A stretch of DNA of 64,000 nt from Octopus vulgaris (GCA_951406725.2 OX597831.1:35154001-35218000); one strand, 5' to 3'. Numbered from the stretch's first letter, positions 38,713-51,797 are shown. The notes: a model not told the origin generated them from the sequence alone. Made by a program: numbers and translations.

Positions 38713-39171
38713 CCCTTTTGTTACCATATTTCTGTTATCATAGGCTGCCTTTATTTCAGTTAATTCTTAAAATAATGAAGAATTTAGTAAAATAACTTTC
38801 TAATTAAGCTGGGGCTTGAAACAATTAAGCATATTTTGACAGAAGATTATAATTTAGACCACTTTAAAACAGTAAGTTTATCTTGCAGAACCTGGGATTG
38901 TCTCAGGCAGGTTGGTATCGAAGGCGGCGAGCTGGCAGAAACATTAGCACGCCAGGCGAAATATGTAGCCGTATTTCGTCTGCCATGACATTCTGAGTTC
39001 AAATTCCGCTGAGGTCGACTTTGCCTTTCATCCTTTCGGGGTTGATTAAATTAAGTACCAGTTATGCACTGTGGTTGATGTAATCGACTTAATCCGTTTG
39101 TCTGTCCTTGTTTGTCCCCTCTGTGTTTAACCCCTTGTGGGTAGTAAAGAAATAGGTTGGTATCAAAAGGG
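38713..39171. mobile_element. TTAA MITE with a nested SINE-B (38921-39153)
   Basis: TTAA|CCCTTTTG...AAAAGGG|TTAA. The SINE is flanked by TSD AGGTTGGTATC (38909-38919, 39154-39164). Confidence 0.85.
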
Positions 39172-40682
39172 TTAAAGAATAAAAGTATAAAAAATAAAAA
39201 ATCTAATATGTGCCTTTTATGAATATTTTAAAAGAAGCTAGGATGTCACTTGAGGGTGATTTGGCTACTATTTCTTGCAAGCAGGTCAGATGATTCAGAT
39301 TGTGTAAAAACAAAAAAAAAAAAGAATTTTAAATGACTGCAGTGCTTTGATTTTTTGTCCTGGCTTCCTCTTCTACTCCCGGCCTGGTTTTGTTAATGAC
39401 CAAGTCAGAGGGGCAGGGAGATTCTCACTAGTGTTAAAGTACATGTTTATTTTGTGTGAAATGCTTCTCAGTGAACCATTAATATCTTTTATAGCTGAAT
39501 TCTTCAATAGACAATTATTTCTGACCAACATCTCTTATGAGAAAAAAAAAAAAAAATTAAATTAAGTAAAAACAGAATATATAAAATCAAATCATAACCA
39601 CCCACAAAAGAAACGGTGTAGTTTGTTATTAAACAAAACAGTTATCGTATTACTAATCCTGTAGTTCTAATTTGATAATTTTATATTGATTTTGTTTGCT
39701 TGGTTTAAATATTTGCAAAAGTTAATTGTTTACTGTATAGTATAATGTAATAATAAAAAAATATATATATATTACATTTGTTGTTCTTCTTCTTGTTCTC
39801 TTTCTCAATCTCATTACTATTATTTGTTATCTGAAAAATATTTTCCTAATGTTTTTATAGCCTTTTCTCACATGACATGGCAATAAAAACATACTACACG
39901 CAAACACATAAACTCGTATTCACGCAAACACACATGCACCTAAGTTCAGATGTAAACACACATAAATAAACACATACACCTATGAACAGCCCCCCCCTCC
40001 CATCCACACATTAACACTCTCTAATATGTTTTGAAGTCATGGTAATTTGTCCAACATAAATACAACACTTACAATTGCCAACAATGGCATATTTGGCTAA
40101 ATTCAGATATTGACTTTTCTTTTATTTTATCATATTTGCTTGATCTTGTGGAAGGGGCAGTTCCCAAAGACTTTCCTAGACTGGCAGAATTGATGCTAAA
40201 AAGGCACAGGCATGGTTGTGTAGTTTTAGGTTCAGTTCCACTGCACAATACCTTGAGCAAGTATCTTCTTACTTTAAGTTTCAGGCTGATCAAAGCCTTG
40301 TGAGTGGCTTTGGTGAGTGGAAACTGAATGAAGCTTGTCGTATAGATATGTGTGTATGTGTGTTATTTTGTTTTGTAAAATGAGTGTCACTTTCATGCAA
40401 GTGTTGTCCTCCATTTCCAGTCTCCTATGAAAACATGTCTGGTCATGTGACAGGGAGAGCATCCAGCTGCCAAAAATCTATCTCAACAAATACTGTCTGA
40501 GCCATGCAAAAATGGAAAAGAGGGTGTTAAACCAAAGATATATATATATTTATAAAAACAGAGCCTGAAAGATTGTGTTAAGATATATGGCATATTTTAT
40601 AAAAATGCCTGTTCAGGTATCATAATTGCATGAAATTGTTAGTCGGTCTTTCGATTGTGTATTTAAATTGATATTTATCTCT

Positions 40683-40804
40683 CATGGTTCCGTGTTCAGT
40701 CCCACTGCGTGACACCTTGGGCAAGTGTCTTCTACTATAGCCTTGGGCTGACCAAAGCCATGTGAGTAAATTTGGTAGACAGAAACTGCAAGAAGCCTGT
40801 CGTA

Positions 40805-40852
<48 letters not shown>

Positions 40853-41046
40853 AATGTGTATATATTTTTGTGTGTCTGTGTTTGTCCCCTTAACATCGCT
40901 TGACAACCGATGCTGGTGTGTTTATGTCCCTGTAACCTGGTGGTTCGGCAACAGTGACTGATAAAATAAGTCCTGGGGTCGATTTGTTCGCCTAAAGGCG
41001 GTGCTCCAGCATGGCTGCAGTTGAATGACTAAAACAAATTAAAGAA
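40683..41046 (+). mobile_element. SINE family A, 5'-truncated
   Basis: Begins at CATGGTTCC, then the family A body and tail. Confidence 0.82.
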
Positions 41047-41052
41047 TATATA

Positions 41053-41103
<51 letters not shown>

Positions 41104-41176
41104 AGACCAGAGTAAGCGCATAAATGCAAAACAAGGTGCAAAAAATAGTACTCGAATACCAGAGGTAGAGTAATAT

Positions 41177-41343
41177 ACTTTATTAAAAAGCAGCGAAAAT
41201 ATCACAAAATCTGTTACTCAGAGTTTCACGTTCCCATTCGTCCGACAGTTTTGTTTAGATTCTAAACAAAACTGTCCAACGAATGGGAACGTGAAACTCT
41301 GAGTAACAGTTTTTGTGATACTTTTGTTGCTTTTTAATAAAGT
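41177..41343. repeat. 167-bp near-perfect palindrome, each arm holding a hammerhead-like motif
   Basis: 83-bp arms around T41260 with about 6 mismatches by eye. Confidence 0.92.
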
Positions 41344-41359
41344 TTATATAGATATATGT

Positions 41360-41733
41360 GGAGGCGCAATGGCCCAGTGGTTAGGGTAGCGGACTCGCGG
41401 TCATAGGATCGCGGTTTCGATTCCCAGACCGGGCGTTGTGAGTGTTTATTGAGCGAAAACACCTAAGCTCCTCGAGGCTCCGGCAGGGGATGGTGGTGAT
41501 CCCTGCTGTACTCTTTCACCACAACTTTCTCTCACTCTTACTTCCTGTTTCTGTTGTACCTGTATTTCAAAGGGCCGGCCTTGTCACTCTCTGTGTCACG
41601 CTGAATATCCCCGAGAACTACGTTAAGGGTACACGTGGAGTGCTCAGCCACTTACACGTTAATTTCATGAGCAGGCTGTTCCGTTGATTCGGATCAACCG
41701 GAACCCTCGTCGTCGTAACCGACGGAGTGCTTC
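41360..41733 (+). mobile_element. tRNA-derived SINE family C
   Basis: Head GGAGGCGCAATGGCCCAGTGGTTAGG...GGTTTCGATTCCC (A and B boxes). Same head at 12649-12950 with a different 3' half. Confidence 0.85.
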
Positions 41734-43551
41734 CATTCCATATAGATATATATATAATAGGGAGAGAGAGAGAATGAGCGATGAGAGATGTACAGGTTTT
41801 TCACTAGTGTGTATTGACAAAAATTGTAAAAATTGGTCAGAAAATTTGATTAATATTTTCAAGAATACCTTGTGCTATTTGTTCTGCCAGAGCTGCACAG
41901 CTAGTTCCTTACCACTCTATTTATTGCAAAAACAGTGGAGCAGTGATTGACCTATTGGACATCAGTAAACACTGACATGTATTGTTCAGAAAGGATAATG
42001 TGAATTTAAATAAAATATTAATTGAAAATATAAAGAATATACTTGTACCAGCTACGATCATCCTGATTTTCTGGAGGCATAGTGCATCTTGGACTACATC
42101 ATCCAATGTGTTGTGTTGTCTACTTGTTAAGAGAATAGAATAAGATTTGAAGAAAATTTGGTGCTGCTATTTCTAGCTTGTTAGAGCTCCACATTAAAGG
42201 TTCCCCTCTCAGCTCACTTCAACAAATAGTTCTCCATTTAAATTATACCTTTTTTAGGATATGATTTAAATGAGATTTGGTGTTGCTGTTTCTTGTATGT
42301 GGAGGGTTGACTCAACTAGTAGCCATGGTTGGTGAGAATATTGCCATAGAGAGGCTTTAATACTGTGAATGCTATAGCAGCTGTTGAAGGACTGCAGTGG
42401 CAGCCATGTTGTAAGAGAGTGAAATTTTCTCACAAAGCAGTCTTTAAATTGACTTTTCCCTTCTTTGAAGCCAATTATGTTTCTTTGAAACACAACAAGG
42501 GACTGCATTGCAGATGTTTACATACATATTCTATTAAAGAACTATTGGACTAGATTGTATAAAAAGAGGAAAATAGTTGTTAACGTCACACACGGTAATC
42601 TACCTCATGACTTTGGAAGATAGTTTTCTAGACCAGTATTATAGGGTGGGGAGCAGGGTTTCTTTTCTTCCTCTTTTCCATGTACATATTCATGTGTGTG
42701 TATGTGTGTGTGTATATATATATGTGTATATATATATGTGTATACATACACACATAGATTTGATGTAAGCAACCGTACATTAAACTTAGGAATTATTCAA
42801 TAATTTTTCTAAAGTACATATCTATTATACTTTTACTAGAACAGTGGTGACAGAGACTTCAGTGTTTGAGCCTGCTAGCCTTCATTGGACTGTGTATTCT
42901 ATTGAGAAGCTTGCTTCCCAACCATGCACCTTCAGGTTCAAACCCACTGTCCAGTTATCTTGAGCAATTGACTTCAACTATAACCCTGGGCCAACCAAAG
43001 CCTTGTAAGTGGATTAGGTAGACAGAAGATAAAAGGGGCCTGTTGTACACCACCACCATCATCATCATCTTCATCTTCATCATTTAATGTTCACTTTTCT
43101 ATGTTTACATGGGTACAACAGGATTTGTTGAGGCTAATTTTCTGTAGCTCTATGTCCTTCTGTTGTCAACTCTCACCTATTTTCAATCAGTGTAATATTT
43201 CCTCATGGCCAGAGTAAATGGGAAAGAGATGGTTAAATATGGGAATGGATGATGAGGTGAATGTAATGAATGAAGAAGAAATGTTGAAGAATGATAATTA
43301 GGGAAGAGTAGATGAGAGCTTTAGAGATTGTGTAGGGTTGAGAAGTGGATGTAATGAATGGTGGGTAAGTGGTGGTGGGTTGATCAATGATATGTATGAG
43401 TTGGGAAGAGTCAGGGGAGAGTAGGAGATGACTGACAGTGAAGAAAGGCGAAGTGAGGAGCAGCTGAATATTGATAATGATACAGTAGACAGAAAAGATG
43501 AGAGAAAGAGACAGACAAAAATGTCTTGAAATACTATATGTATATTTTTGC

Positions 43552-44291
43552 TTGAAATTGCCATTGGCTTCAGCTATGGCCTCCAGACGATTTTGGAATC
43601 TTTTGCAACTCTTCTGGACAGTCTCCATGTTCAAGTCGGTGAATGCTGCCATAATCCTTGCTTTCAGTTCATCTTTGGTGTTACAAGGAGTTTTGTTGGT
43701 CTCTTGCTCAACTGTTCCCCACACATGGTAATCAAGGGGTTTGCAGTCTGGGGAGTAAGGTGGCTAGATGTTAGGGGTGATGTGATAGCAGAAATTGTTT
43801 GACAGCTTTGACTGGGTTCTCCTGCTTGTGTGGCATGGTGCAGAGTCCTGTTGCCAGACATAGGGTCTTGCAGCAGCCACCCTCTTGACTGAGGGCAGCA
43901 CAACCTCCAGGAGCTTGATGTAGGCCTTTGTGTTGACTCTGAGACTGTGTGGGAAGATGAATGGAGGCATAACATCACCTTCACTAGCAATCACTCCAGA
44001 CACCATGATGTTGACTGGATGCTTGATTTTTATCACTCTCAGTACATGTTCTCAGATTGACACCCAAATACTCTGAAATATTTGTACTGAAGCTTCTGGC
44101 ATGAATGCTAAGCAGTACAGCATGTTGTCTTGAAATTTCTGGCAGAGTGAATTGTATCATGGTGCTGTTTTCCTCACAGGCAGTGCCCAACTGACCCAAC
44201 TATACTGTGTAGACAACAAAATCAAAAACAAACAATGCGCATTCGTGAAATTAAAATTATAAAATGGCAACAATTTACCCATCGCACCTTG
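43552..44291 (-). mobile_element. Internally deleted Tc1/mariner-superfamily transposon, DD37D (maT) type, pseudogenised
   Basis: YVWQQDSAPCH...NI*PPYSPDCKPLDYHVWG...RLEAIAEANGNF, with 37 residues between the last two catalytic Asp. 5' TIR-like end CAAGGTGCGATGGGTAAATTGTTGCCATTTT at 44291 followed by TA. The N-terminal coding piece jumps directly into the catalytic domain. Confidence 0.88.
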
Positions 44292-44422
44292 TATGTATAT
44301 GTGTATAGGTGGAACTGAAATACAATATCCTCATGTATCTCACTTCTATTTTCATTTTCTTACTTCCCTCTGCATTTCATATCTTCTCTACAATAATTAA
44401 TACTCAAACATTTTCTTGCACC

Positions 44423-44470
44423 GTCTCTGATGAAGGGATATATAAAATATCCTGGAAACAACTGTAAGAC
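44423..44470 (+). ncRNA. Minimal type-I hammerhead ribozyme motif (Penelope-like)
   Basis: GTCT-CTGATGA-A-GGGATAT(ATAAA)ATATCCT-G-GAAA-CAACTG-TA-AGAC: stem I GTCT/AGAC, intact core, stem II, short stem III, GUA cleavage triplet. Confidence 0.7.
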
Positions 44471-44865
44471 CTTTTCTTTATAAATGTTCTGAAAACTACT
44501 TACAGCCTTGGATCTTTTTTCTCAATCTGTCAATTTATTTGTGTGTATGTGTGTAATTTTTTGGACTAATTAGTCAATTAGTGTGTTGAGTAAAGCACGT
44601 TCACAGTTTGGGCTACCTGGTGTCCTCCACGATTGAGGTATATTTCTGCTGGATCTGCATCAGGAATTCATCATCATCATCATCATCGTTTAACGTCTGT
44701 TCTCCATGCTAGCATGGGTTGGATGGTTCGACCGGGGATCTGGGAAGCCAGAAGGCTGCCCCAGGCTCCGGTCTCTGCTGTATAAATTGAGATGAGTTGA
44801 AACAATTGTCATGCTGAATAAAGACTAGTGCTAAATCTATCTTCCATTTTCTTCATTAATTATTA

Positions 44866-44905
<40 letters not shown>

Positions 44906-45173
44906 TATTATCATCGTTATTATTATTATTATTACTATTATTATCATCGTTATTATTATTACATATATGTACATTTGTGTGATTGTGTTTGTCCTCCATC
45001 CTATCACTTGTCAACCAATGTTGGTTTGTTTACATCCCTATGATTTAATGCTTCAGCATAAGAGGTGATAGTATAAGTACACGACTTAATAAGTACCAGA
45101 GTTGATATTTTCGATTAAACCTTTTGAGGTGGTGCCGCAACATGGCTGCAGTTCAGTGACTGAAAAAAATAAA

Positions 45174-45208
<35 letters not shown>

Positions 45209-45512
45209 GTATCATGGGCTCTCCCATTGTTAGAGGACATATGAAGGTCTGGCAATTTCTTGCCAAACAACCACACAGACGATTTGTTTATAGTGATCAA
45301 ATGTTTGTGTTCACATAAGCTCACCCTCTCCATCAAATCGACACTACCTGTACGGGGGCACCATGTACCAAATGTCAGATCACAAAATGATCACAGAGCA
45401 ATGTGAAATGAAGTGTTTTGCTCAAGAACACACTGCATCGCCTGGTCCAAGGATTGAAGCAACAATCTTACGACCGCGAGTGCAACACTCTAATGACTAA
45501 GTCATGCGCCTC

Positions 45513-45583
<71 letters not shown>

Positions 45584-45605
45584 TGAAATCGAAATCAGAA
45601 TCGAA

Positions 45606-46032
45606 ATTGAACCAATCCTATGACTGGCACCCGGCAGATGCCAGGACCCTTGGACTGGTGGTACGTAAAAAGCACTATCCGAATCGCGGCCGATGCCAGC
45701 GCCGCCTCGACTGGCTTCCGTACCGGTGGCACATAAAAAGCACCATCCGAATCGTGGCCGAAGCCAGTGCCACCTCGACTGGCTTCCGTGCCGGTGGCAC
45801 ATAAAATGCACCAATCCGACCGTGGCCGTTGCCAGCCTCGCCTGGCACCTGTGCGGGTGGCACGTAAAAAGCACCCACTACACTCACGGAGTGGTTGGCG
45901 TTAGGAAGGGCATCCAGCTGTAGAAACATTGCCAGATAAGACTGGAGCCTGGTGCAGCCTTCTGGCTTCCCAGATCCCCGGTCGAACCGTCCAACCCATG
46001 CTAGCATGGAGAACGGACGTTAAACGATGATG

Positions 46033-46037
<5 letters not shown>
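45606..46037 (+). mobile_element. RTE-tail retroposon (family D) with internal ~60-bp repeats and (GAT)n tail
   Basis: Repeats of GGTGGCACATAAAAAGCACCATCCGAATCGTGGCCG; 3' end TTAGGAAGGGCATCCAGCTGTAGAAAC...TAAACGATGATGAT. Confidence 0.85.
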
Positions 46038-46082
<45 letters not shown>

Positions 46083-46529
46083 AATCTCCTTTTCATGGTG
46101 GCAGTGGTGATGTTGTTAGCTAGTGGTAATATCTTTGGTGGTAGTAATATTAGTATAAGTAAGTACAAGAAGTGCTGTTGCTGTTATCGAATGATTTCTA
46201 GCATGATAAGCAACCACTAGAGGCTCCTTTGTTAGCAAAGTTTTATTCAGTGTATTCCTAAACTGAATTATTGCTAGAATAGTATAGGATAATTCTCCTA
46301 ATTAACTTTATTCTTTACTGTTATCTACATTATGTTTTCTTCTCAGATAATTTATAGTGTTTTTTTATCTACATTTTGGTATGTGAAGGAACTCTTACCA
46401 TTCATTGGTCTAGCACGTGTGTGTGTGTGTGTGAATTAGTATTCAGACTAAACTGTCTTAATCTTTGCAAGATGTTACATTCATTTGTAATTCATCTGGT
46501 AATTACATGCAGTATATCATCTTCAGAAA

Positions 46530-46675
46530 CATACATACATGCATACAGATTCATATGTACATACACACATACATACATGCATACATACATTCAGATTCAT
46601 ATGTACATACACACATACATACATGCATACATACATTCAGATTCATATGTACATACACACATTCTTGCATACATA
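46530..46675. repeat. 42-bp tandem repeat, about 3 copies
   Basis: CAGATTCATATGTACATACACACATACATACATGCATACATA repeated. Confidence 0.85.
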
Positions 46676-47335
46676 CATTGATAAATGCATACAAACCTAC
46701 ATACATTTTTGTATTCAAAGCTACATATATGCATACATACATTATTTGTGTTGTTGTTGACAGTGGCCAAGGACATCACTTGAGAGAAGCAAAAGGATCA
46801 CAGTATGTCCGGAAGTGGCTGCTCCAATGCATGACATACATACACACATACATTGATACATACATATGTACATACATACTGGTGTAGTGAAAATGGTACA
46901 CTCCTTCCCACATGACAGAGTGGTATGAACCAGCCACTACAAAGTCAGACAGTCAGTTGTTGTAGGAGGTCATTAGTAGTAGAGTCGTATGAGTTCTCAG
47001 TTGGAGTCAGTGTCAGTTACATGATATATATGAGTTCAAGTTACCGTCAAGGTAGACGTTTCAAAGTCATTGCCTTGTGGAGCTATCAGCAATAGCATGA
47101 TAGATAAGTCAAAGATAATAAGATGCAGAATATCGCTACAACGTAATAGTGGCAACAAGAATATTAGAGTGCCAACAATAACACAAGTGGACAAGGATCC
47201 ACATTATAACACATACATGCATACATTTGTAATATATACATACATTTCTGTATGCAAGGCTGCATACAGACATGCATACAGTTGAGCATGCATGCATAAT
47301 ACACAAACATTGTTATTGTTTATCCAGTAACCTGT

Positions 47336-47825
47336 GAAGGCGCATGGCTCAGTGGTTAGAACGTCGAATCTACATCCGTGATGTTGTGAGTTCGAATCCC
47401 AGACCAGGCTGTGTTGTGTTCTTGAGCAAGATACTTTATTTCATGTTGGTCCAGTTCACTCAGCTGTGGAAGTGAGTTGTGATGTCACTGATGCCAAGCT
47501 GCATCAGCCCCTTTGCCTTGCCCTTGAATAGCATTGGTGGCATGGAGAGGGGAGGCTGGTATGCATGGGCGACTACTGGTCTTCCATAAACAACCTAGCC
47601 CGGACTTGTGCCTCAGAAGGAAACATTCCAGGTGCAATCCCATGGTCATTCATAACCAAAGGAGGTCTTTACCCTTTACCCTATGTACATATAATGGTGT
47701 GGAAAGGGAAGACTGGCATGCATGGGCGACTGCTGGTCTTCCATAAACAACCTTGCCCGGACTTGTGCCTTTGAGGGTAATTTTCTAACTGCAATCCCAT
47801 GGTCATTCGTGACCGAAGGGGGTCT
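47336..47825 (+). mobile_element. Family C-related SINE with a tandemly duplicated 3' half
   Basis: Head GAAGGCGCATGGCTCAGTGG...GAGTTCGAATCCC. Segment ~47537-47665 is repeated at ~47695-47822. Confidence 0.8.
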
Positions 47826-49546
47826 CCAATGTTTATCCAGTTCTTCATGTTCAAATCTTGCCGAAGTAAACTTTGCCTTTAAACATCGTGGGGCTGTCAA
47901 ATTAAAATACCAGTCAAGAACTGAAGTCAATGTAACTGACTAAATCCTTCTCCTCAAAAGTGCTGGCCTTGTATTTGACTTAGAAACAATAATTATTGCT
48001 ATGATGATAATCCCAAGTCACTTCTAATCCATCAGATTTATGCTCAGTCATTCCATCTTTACCCATCCTGTTTTTTGTTTATTTTCATATTATTTATTAT
48101 ATTACTGAATCAATTGACTGTGGGACCATAATTGACTGTGAACACTGGAATGGGTGGAAGTGGATTGTGATTGTATACTACTGTAGTTAAAAGAATAATG
48201 ATTACTCCAGGTCAGCTCTAATCTAGTTGATTTATGATCAGTTACTCCATCCTCGTTCACCCACTTACTTTATATTTTATAATTGTTTTGTACTTAGACT
48301 TAGGTCTGTTGTGACGATTAGGACTCACACAGCCAGAACTTAACCTGGTTTCTTTGGTGGGTTAAGTGACTTAGATTACAACATTCTCTTTCTGGATGGG
48401 ATGCCAGTCCACCACAGGATTAACTTCCCAGCCATTGTTGGAACTCACTTACAGGTCAGTGGACTGAAGCAATGTTAAATGAAGTGTTTTTCTCAAAAAC
48501 ACAACACACTGCCCAGTGTGGGAACCGAAATAAACAACCTTATAATTGTGACTGCAACACCCTAACCACTGAGCCAATATGCCTTCATAGTGTATCTTCT
48601 GTTTTCTTTTTCCCTTTTTTTTTGTATCATTGGATTGTTGTGAAGAAAGGGACTGTGCCTAGGATATTCATGTTCCGTCTGAGACTGGACTAGACTGGAT
48701 TGGAGAAACCAATGCAGCTACACCACAGGGTAGGGTATGATTCAAGGAAGGAAATTTCACTGCTAGCACTAGCAGGTCGAGTGGCTCAGTAGAGTCTTCC
48801 TTTCATTGGTTCCTTCCATTTCGTACAAAGCAGTAGTGAATCTGTCCTCCCCCCCCCAACTCTTCTTTTCTTGTTCTTATAAATAACCCAGCGGCATGTG
48901 GGACTATGGCATTGAGTGACATATGTGACAGTGACAATGATGATAGTGATGGTGATGACGATGATGGCCATTATTTTTGTTTTTTTTTAAAAAGCAACCA
49001 ATTGATCAATATTTCTTGTCATTCCTTAGGTGTTGTTGTTGTTGGTAGTGGTGGTGGTAGAAGTTGAAATTATTCTTCTTAGTTACAAAAGTAATGCATA
49101 TTGGTGGTGGTGGTGGTGGAGTTGGAATGATATTTGAATATTAGTTGTGGTGGTGGTGGTGGTGGTGGTCATCTTCATCATCATTGTCATTGTAGTAGGG
49201 GTGGTGGTGGTGGTTGCAGTTGCTAGAGGTAATTATTGATGTGATGGTAGTGTTGATGGTAGTAGTAGATGAAATTGTAGTGGTGGCAATGGTAGTAGTA
49301 TTAGGAATGACAGCAGTTGTAAGAAATGAAACTGCAGTTGTTCTTGTTGTTGTTGTGGTGGTAGTGGTAGTAGTAGTAGTAGTAGTAGAAGATGTGCTGT
49401 TGCTGTTAGATGCCAATGCTGACAGTTATACGCATACCTGTGGATACCATGTATATGTATTGCCTTCATTAGGCCTAGAAAAGTAGTAGTAGTAGTAATA
49501 ATAATAATAATAATAATAATAATCATAATAATCATAGTAATAATAG

Positions 49547-49712
49547 CTCTTACTGAAAGTTTGTTTCTTAGGGACAGCAAGGATTGTCAGGAGGCTTCTA
49601 TGCACTTGAAAGACGACTACCAAAAACTTATGGATACCTTAGGTTATTGGTAATAACTTGCTACCTATGTACATCCTGCCAGGAATAAGACCAAAGCCAA
49701 GACAAACCAAAT
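49547..49712 (+). mobile_element. R4/Dong-clade LINE extreme 3' fragment
   Basis: LLLKVCFLGTARIVRRLLCT*, resembling the QKACLLGTARILRKVL terminus, immediately after a (TAA)n tract. Confidence 0.65.
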
Positions 49713-50118
49713 AATAGCAGCAGCAATGATAACAATAATAATTCTTTTTTGTTGACCACATGGCCTAAGAGTCTGAGGGCAACATATGAGGACAAAATAC
49801 CAACATGCACACGCACGAGTAGGGGTTTTTTATATTGAGAAACGAGAACTCAGCAAAAAGTTTTAAAAAAAGAATATAACGATCATAATTATTATTATTA
49901 TTATTATTATTATCATTGTGCTGCTGAAGTTGATTTTGCCTTTTTTGTCTTTTCGGAGTTGATGAGATAACTACTAGTCAAGCGCTGAGGTCGTTGTAAT
50001 CAGCTGTCTGCTCCTCCAAAATTCAGGTCTTTTGCTTATACTAAAAAAGGATTATTATTATTGTTATTATTATTATTATCGTTGTTGTTACCATTATTGG
50101 GTGTCATCTAACCACAAC

Positions 50119-50308
50119 ATGAACAATTCGTCAGTTTTCACGGATATCACCTGGATTAGTATAGTGGACAGTATCGTTCTGGAGAGTGCCCACTTGAAAT
50201 TTTCGGCACATTCCATCTACGCCATCTTGCTGATAGCTTCGTTGTCTATATTTTGGCGATTCCACCGATATATCTGGTGCCACAGCTGTGTAATCTGTTT
50301 GATCATAG
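50119..50308 (+). CDS. Probable first coding exon of an NHE6/7/9-like Na+/H+ exchanger (divergent N-terminus)
   Basis: ACAAC-ATG at 50119. Open for 63 codons plus 1 nt (MNNSSVFTDITW...IYAILLIASLSIFWRFHRYIWCHSCVICLII-G), ending at a strong donor AG|GTAAG (intron starts 50309). Phase 1 matches the acceptor at 52846 (G|GT=Gly). The hydrophobic-basic-hydrophobic pattern parallels the TM1/TM2 region of NHE6/7. Confidence 0.65.
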
Positions 50309-50464
50309 GTAAGAAGAACTATAAATTCCTGTCGGTGGTGGATAAACAATAAAATTCTTTATCGCTTCCTCTGAACTCTGCAATGGTGCATCTATTAAGA
50401 CTGGTGTTTTATGTTTGTTTGTAATCAGTTGTAATGTCTGGCTTACATTTGTCTATTCATTTAT

Positions 50465-51350
50465 CAGTCTGACTGTCTGTCTATCTAGCTATTTATCCAT
50501 TTATCTACAAGTCTGTCTACCTATTTATCTGTTTATCTACCAGTCTGTCTGTCTATCTAGTTATTTATCTGTTTATCTACCAGTCTGTCTGTCTGTTTGT
50601 TTGTCTACCTATTTATCTGTTTATCTACCAGTCTGTCTGTCTATCTAGTTATTTATCTGTTTATCTACCAGTCCGTCTGTCTGTTTGTTTAACTATTTAT
50701 CTGTTTATCAGTCTGTCTGTCTGTATAGCTCACTATTTATCTGTTTATCTACCAGTCTGTCTGTCTGTTTGTTTGTCTACCTATTTATCTGTTTATCTAC
50801 CAGTCTGTCTGTCTATCTAGTTATTTATCTGTTTATCTACCAGTCTGTCTGTCTGTTTGTTTGTCTACCTATTTATCTGTTTATCTACCAGTCTGCCTGT
50901 CTATCTAGTTATTTATCTGTTTATCTACCAGTCTGTCTGTCTGTTTGTTTAGCTATTTATCCATTTATCTACCAGTCTGTCTGTCTATCTAGTTATTTAT
51001 CTGTTTATCTACCAGTCTGTCTGTCTGTTTGTTTAGCTATTTATCCATTTATCTACCAGTCTGTCTAGCTAGCTATTTATCTGGTTATCTACCAGTCTGT
51101 CTGTCGGGTATCTATGTGTTTATCAGTCTGTCTGTGTGTCTGTCTGTCAAGCTAGCTATTTATCCATTTATCTACCAGTCTGTCTGTCTGTCTGTTTAGC
51201 TATTTATCTGTTTATCTAACAGTCTGTCTGTCTGGCTATTTATCCGTTTATCTACCAGTCTGTCTGTCTGTCTAGCTATTCATCTGTTTATCTACCTGTC
51301 TGTCTATCTATCTGTCTGGCTGCCTACCTACCTGTCTGTCTGTCTGTTTG
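50465..51350. repeat. Higher-order TCTA/TCTG minisatellite in the NHE intron
   Basis: About 20 units of CTATTTATCTGTTTATCTACCAGTCTGTCTGT... (36-48 bp each). Confidence 0.92.
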
Positions 51351-51739
51351 TCCATCTGAAGGCACATGGCTTAATGGTTAAGGTATTTGGCTCATGATCA
51401 CAAGGTTGTGAGTTCAATTCCCGGCGGGGCGTTGCGCCCTTCAGCAAGACACTTGCTCCATTCCACTCAGCTGGTGAAAACGAGTTGAGCCTTGTCACAT
51501 TCTGTGTCACTCCGAATCTCCTTGAGAACTACATTAAGGGTATACATGTCTGTGGAGTGCTCAGCCACTTGCATATTAATTTCACAAGCAGGGCTGTTCC
51601 ATTGATCGGATCAGCTGGAAACCTTGTCATCGTAAGTGACAGAGTGCCATTTATCTGTCTCTCTGTCTAGCCATCTAGCTATTTATCTTTTTATGTATCA
51701 CTCTATCTGTCCACCCATCCATGTATGATCTTTCATTGA

Positions 51740-51777
<38 letters not shown>

Positions 51778-51797
51778 CTCTCTCTCTCACACACACA

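Noticed and set aside
41360-41435. tRNA-like sequence
   Set aside because: A and B boxes are present but the cloverleaf stems do not close, and it continues into a multi-copy SINE body. All tRNA-like heads here are treated as SINEs.
45620-45880. CRISPR-like regularly spaced repeats
   Set aside because: The 'spacers' are themselves repeated, the context is a eukaryotic retroposon, and there are no cas genes.
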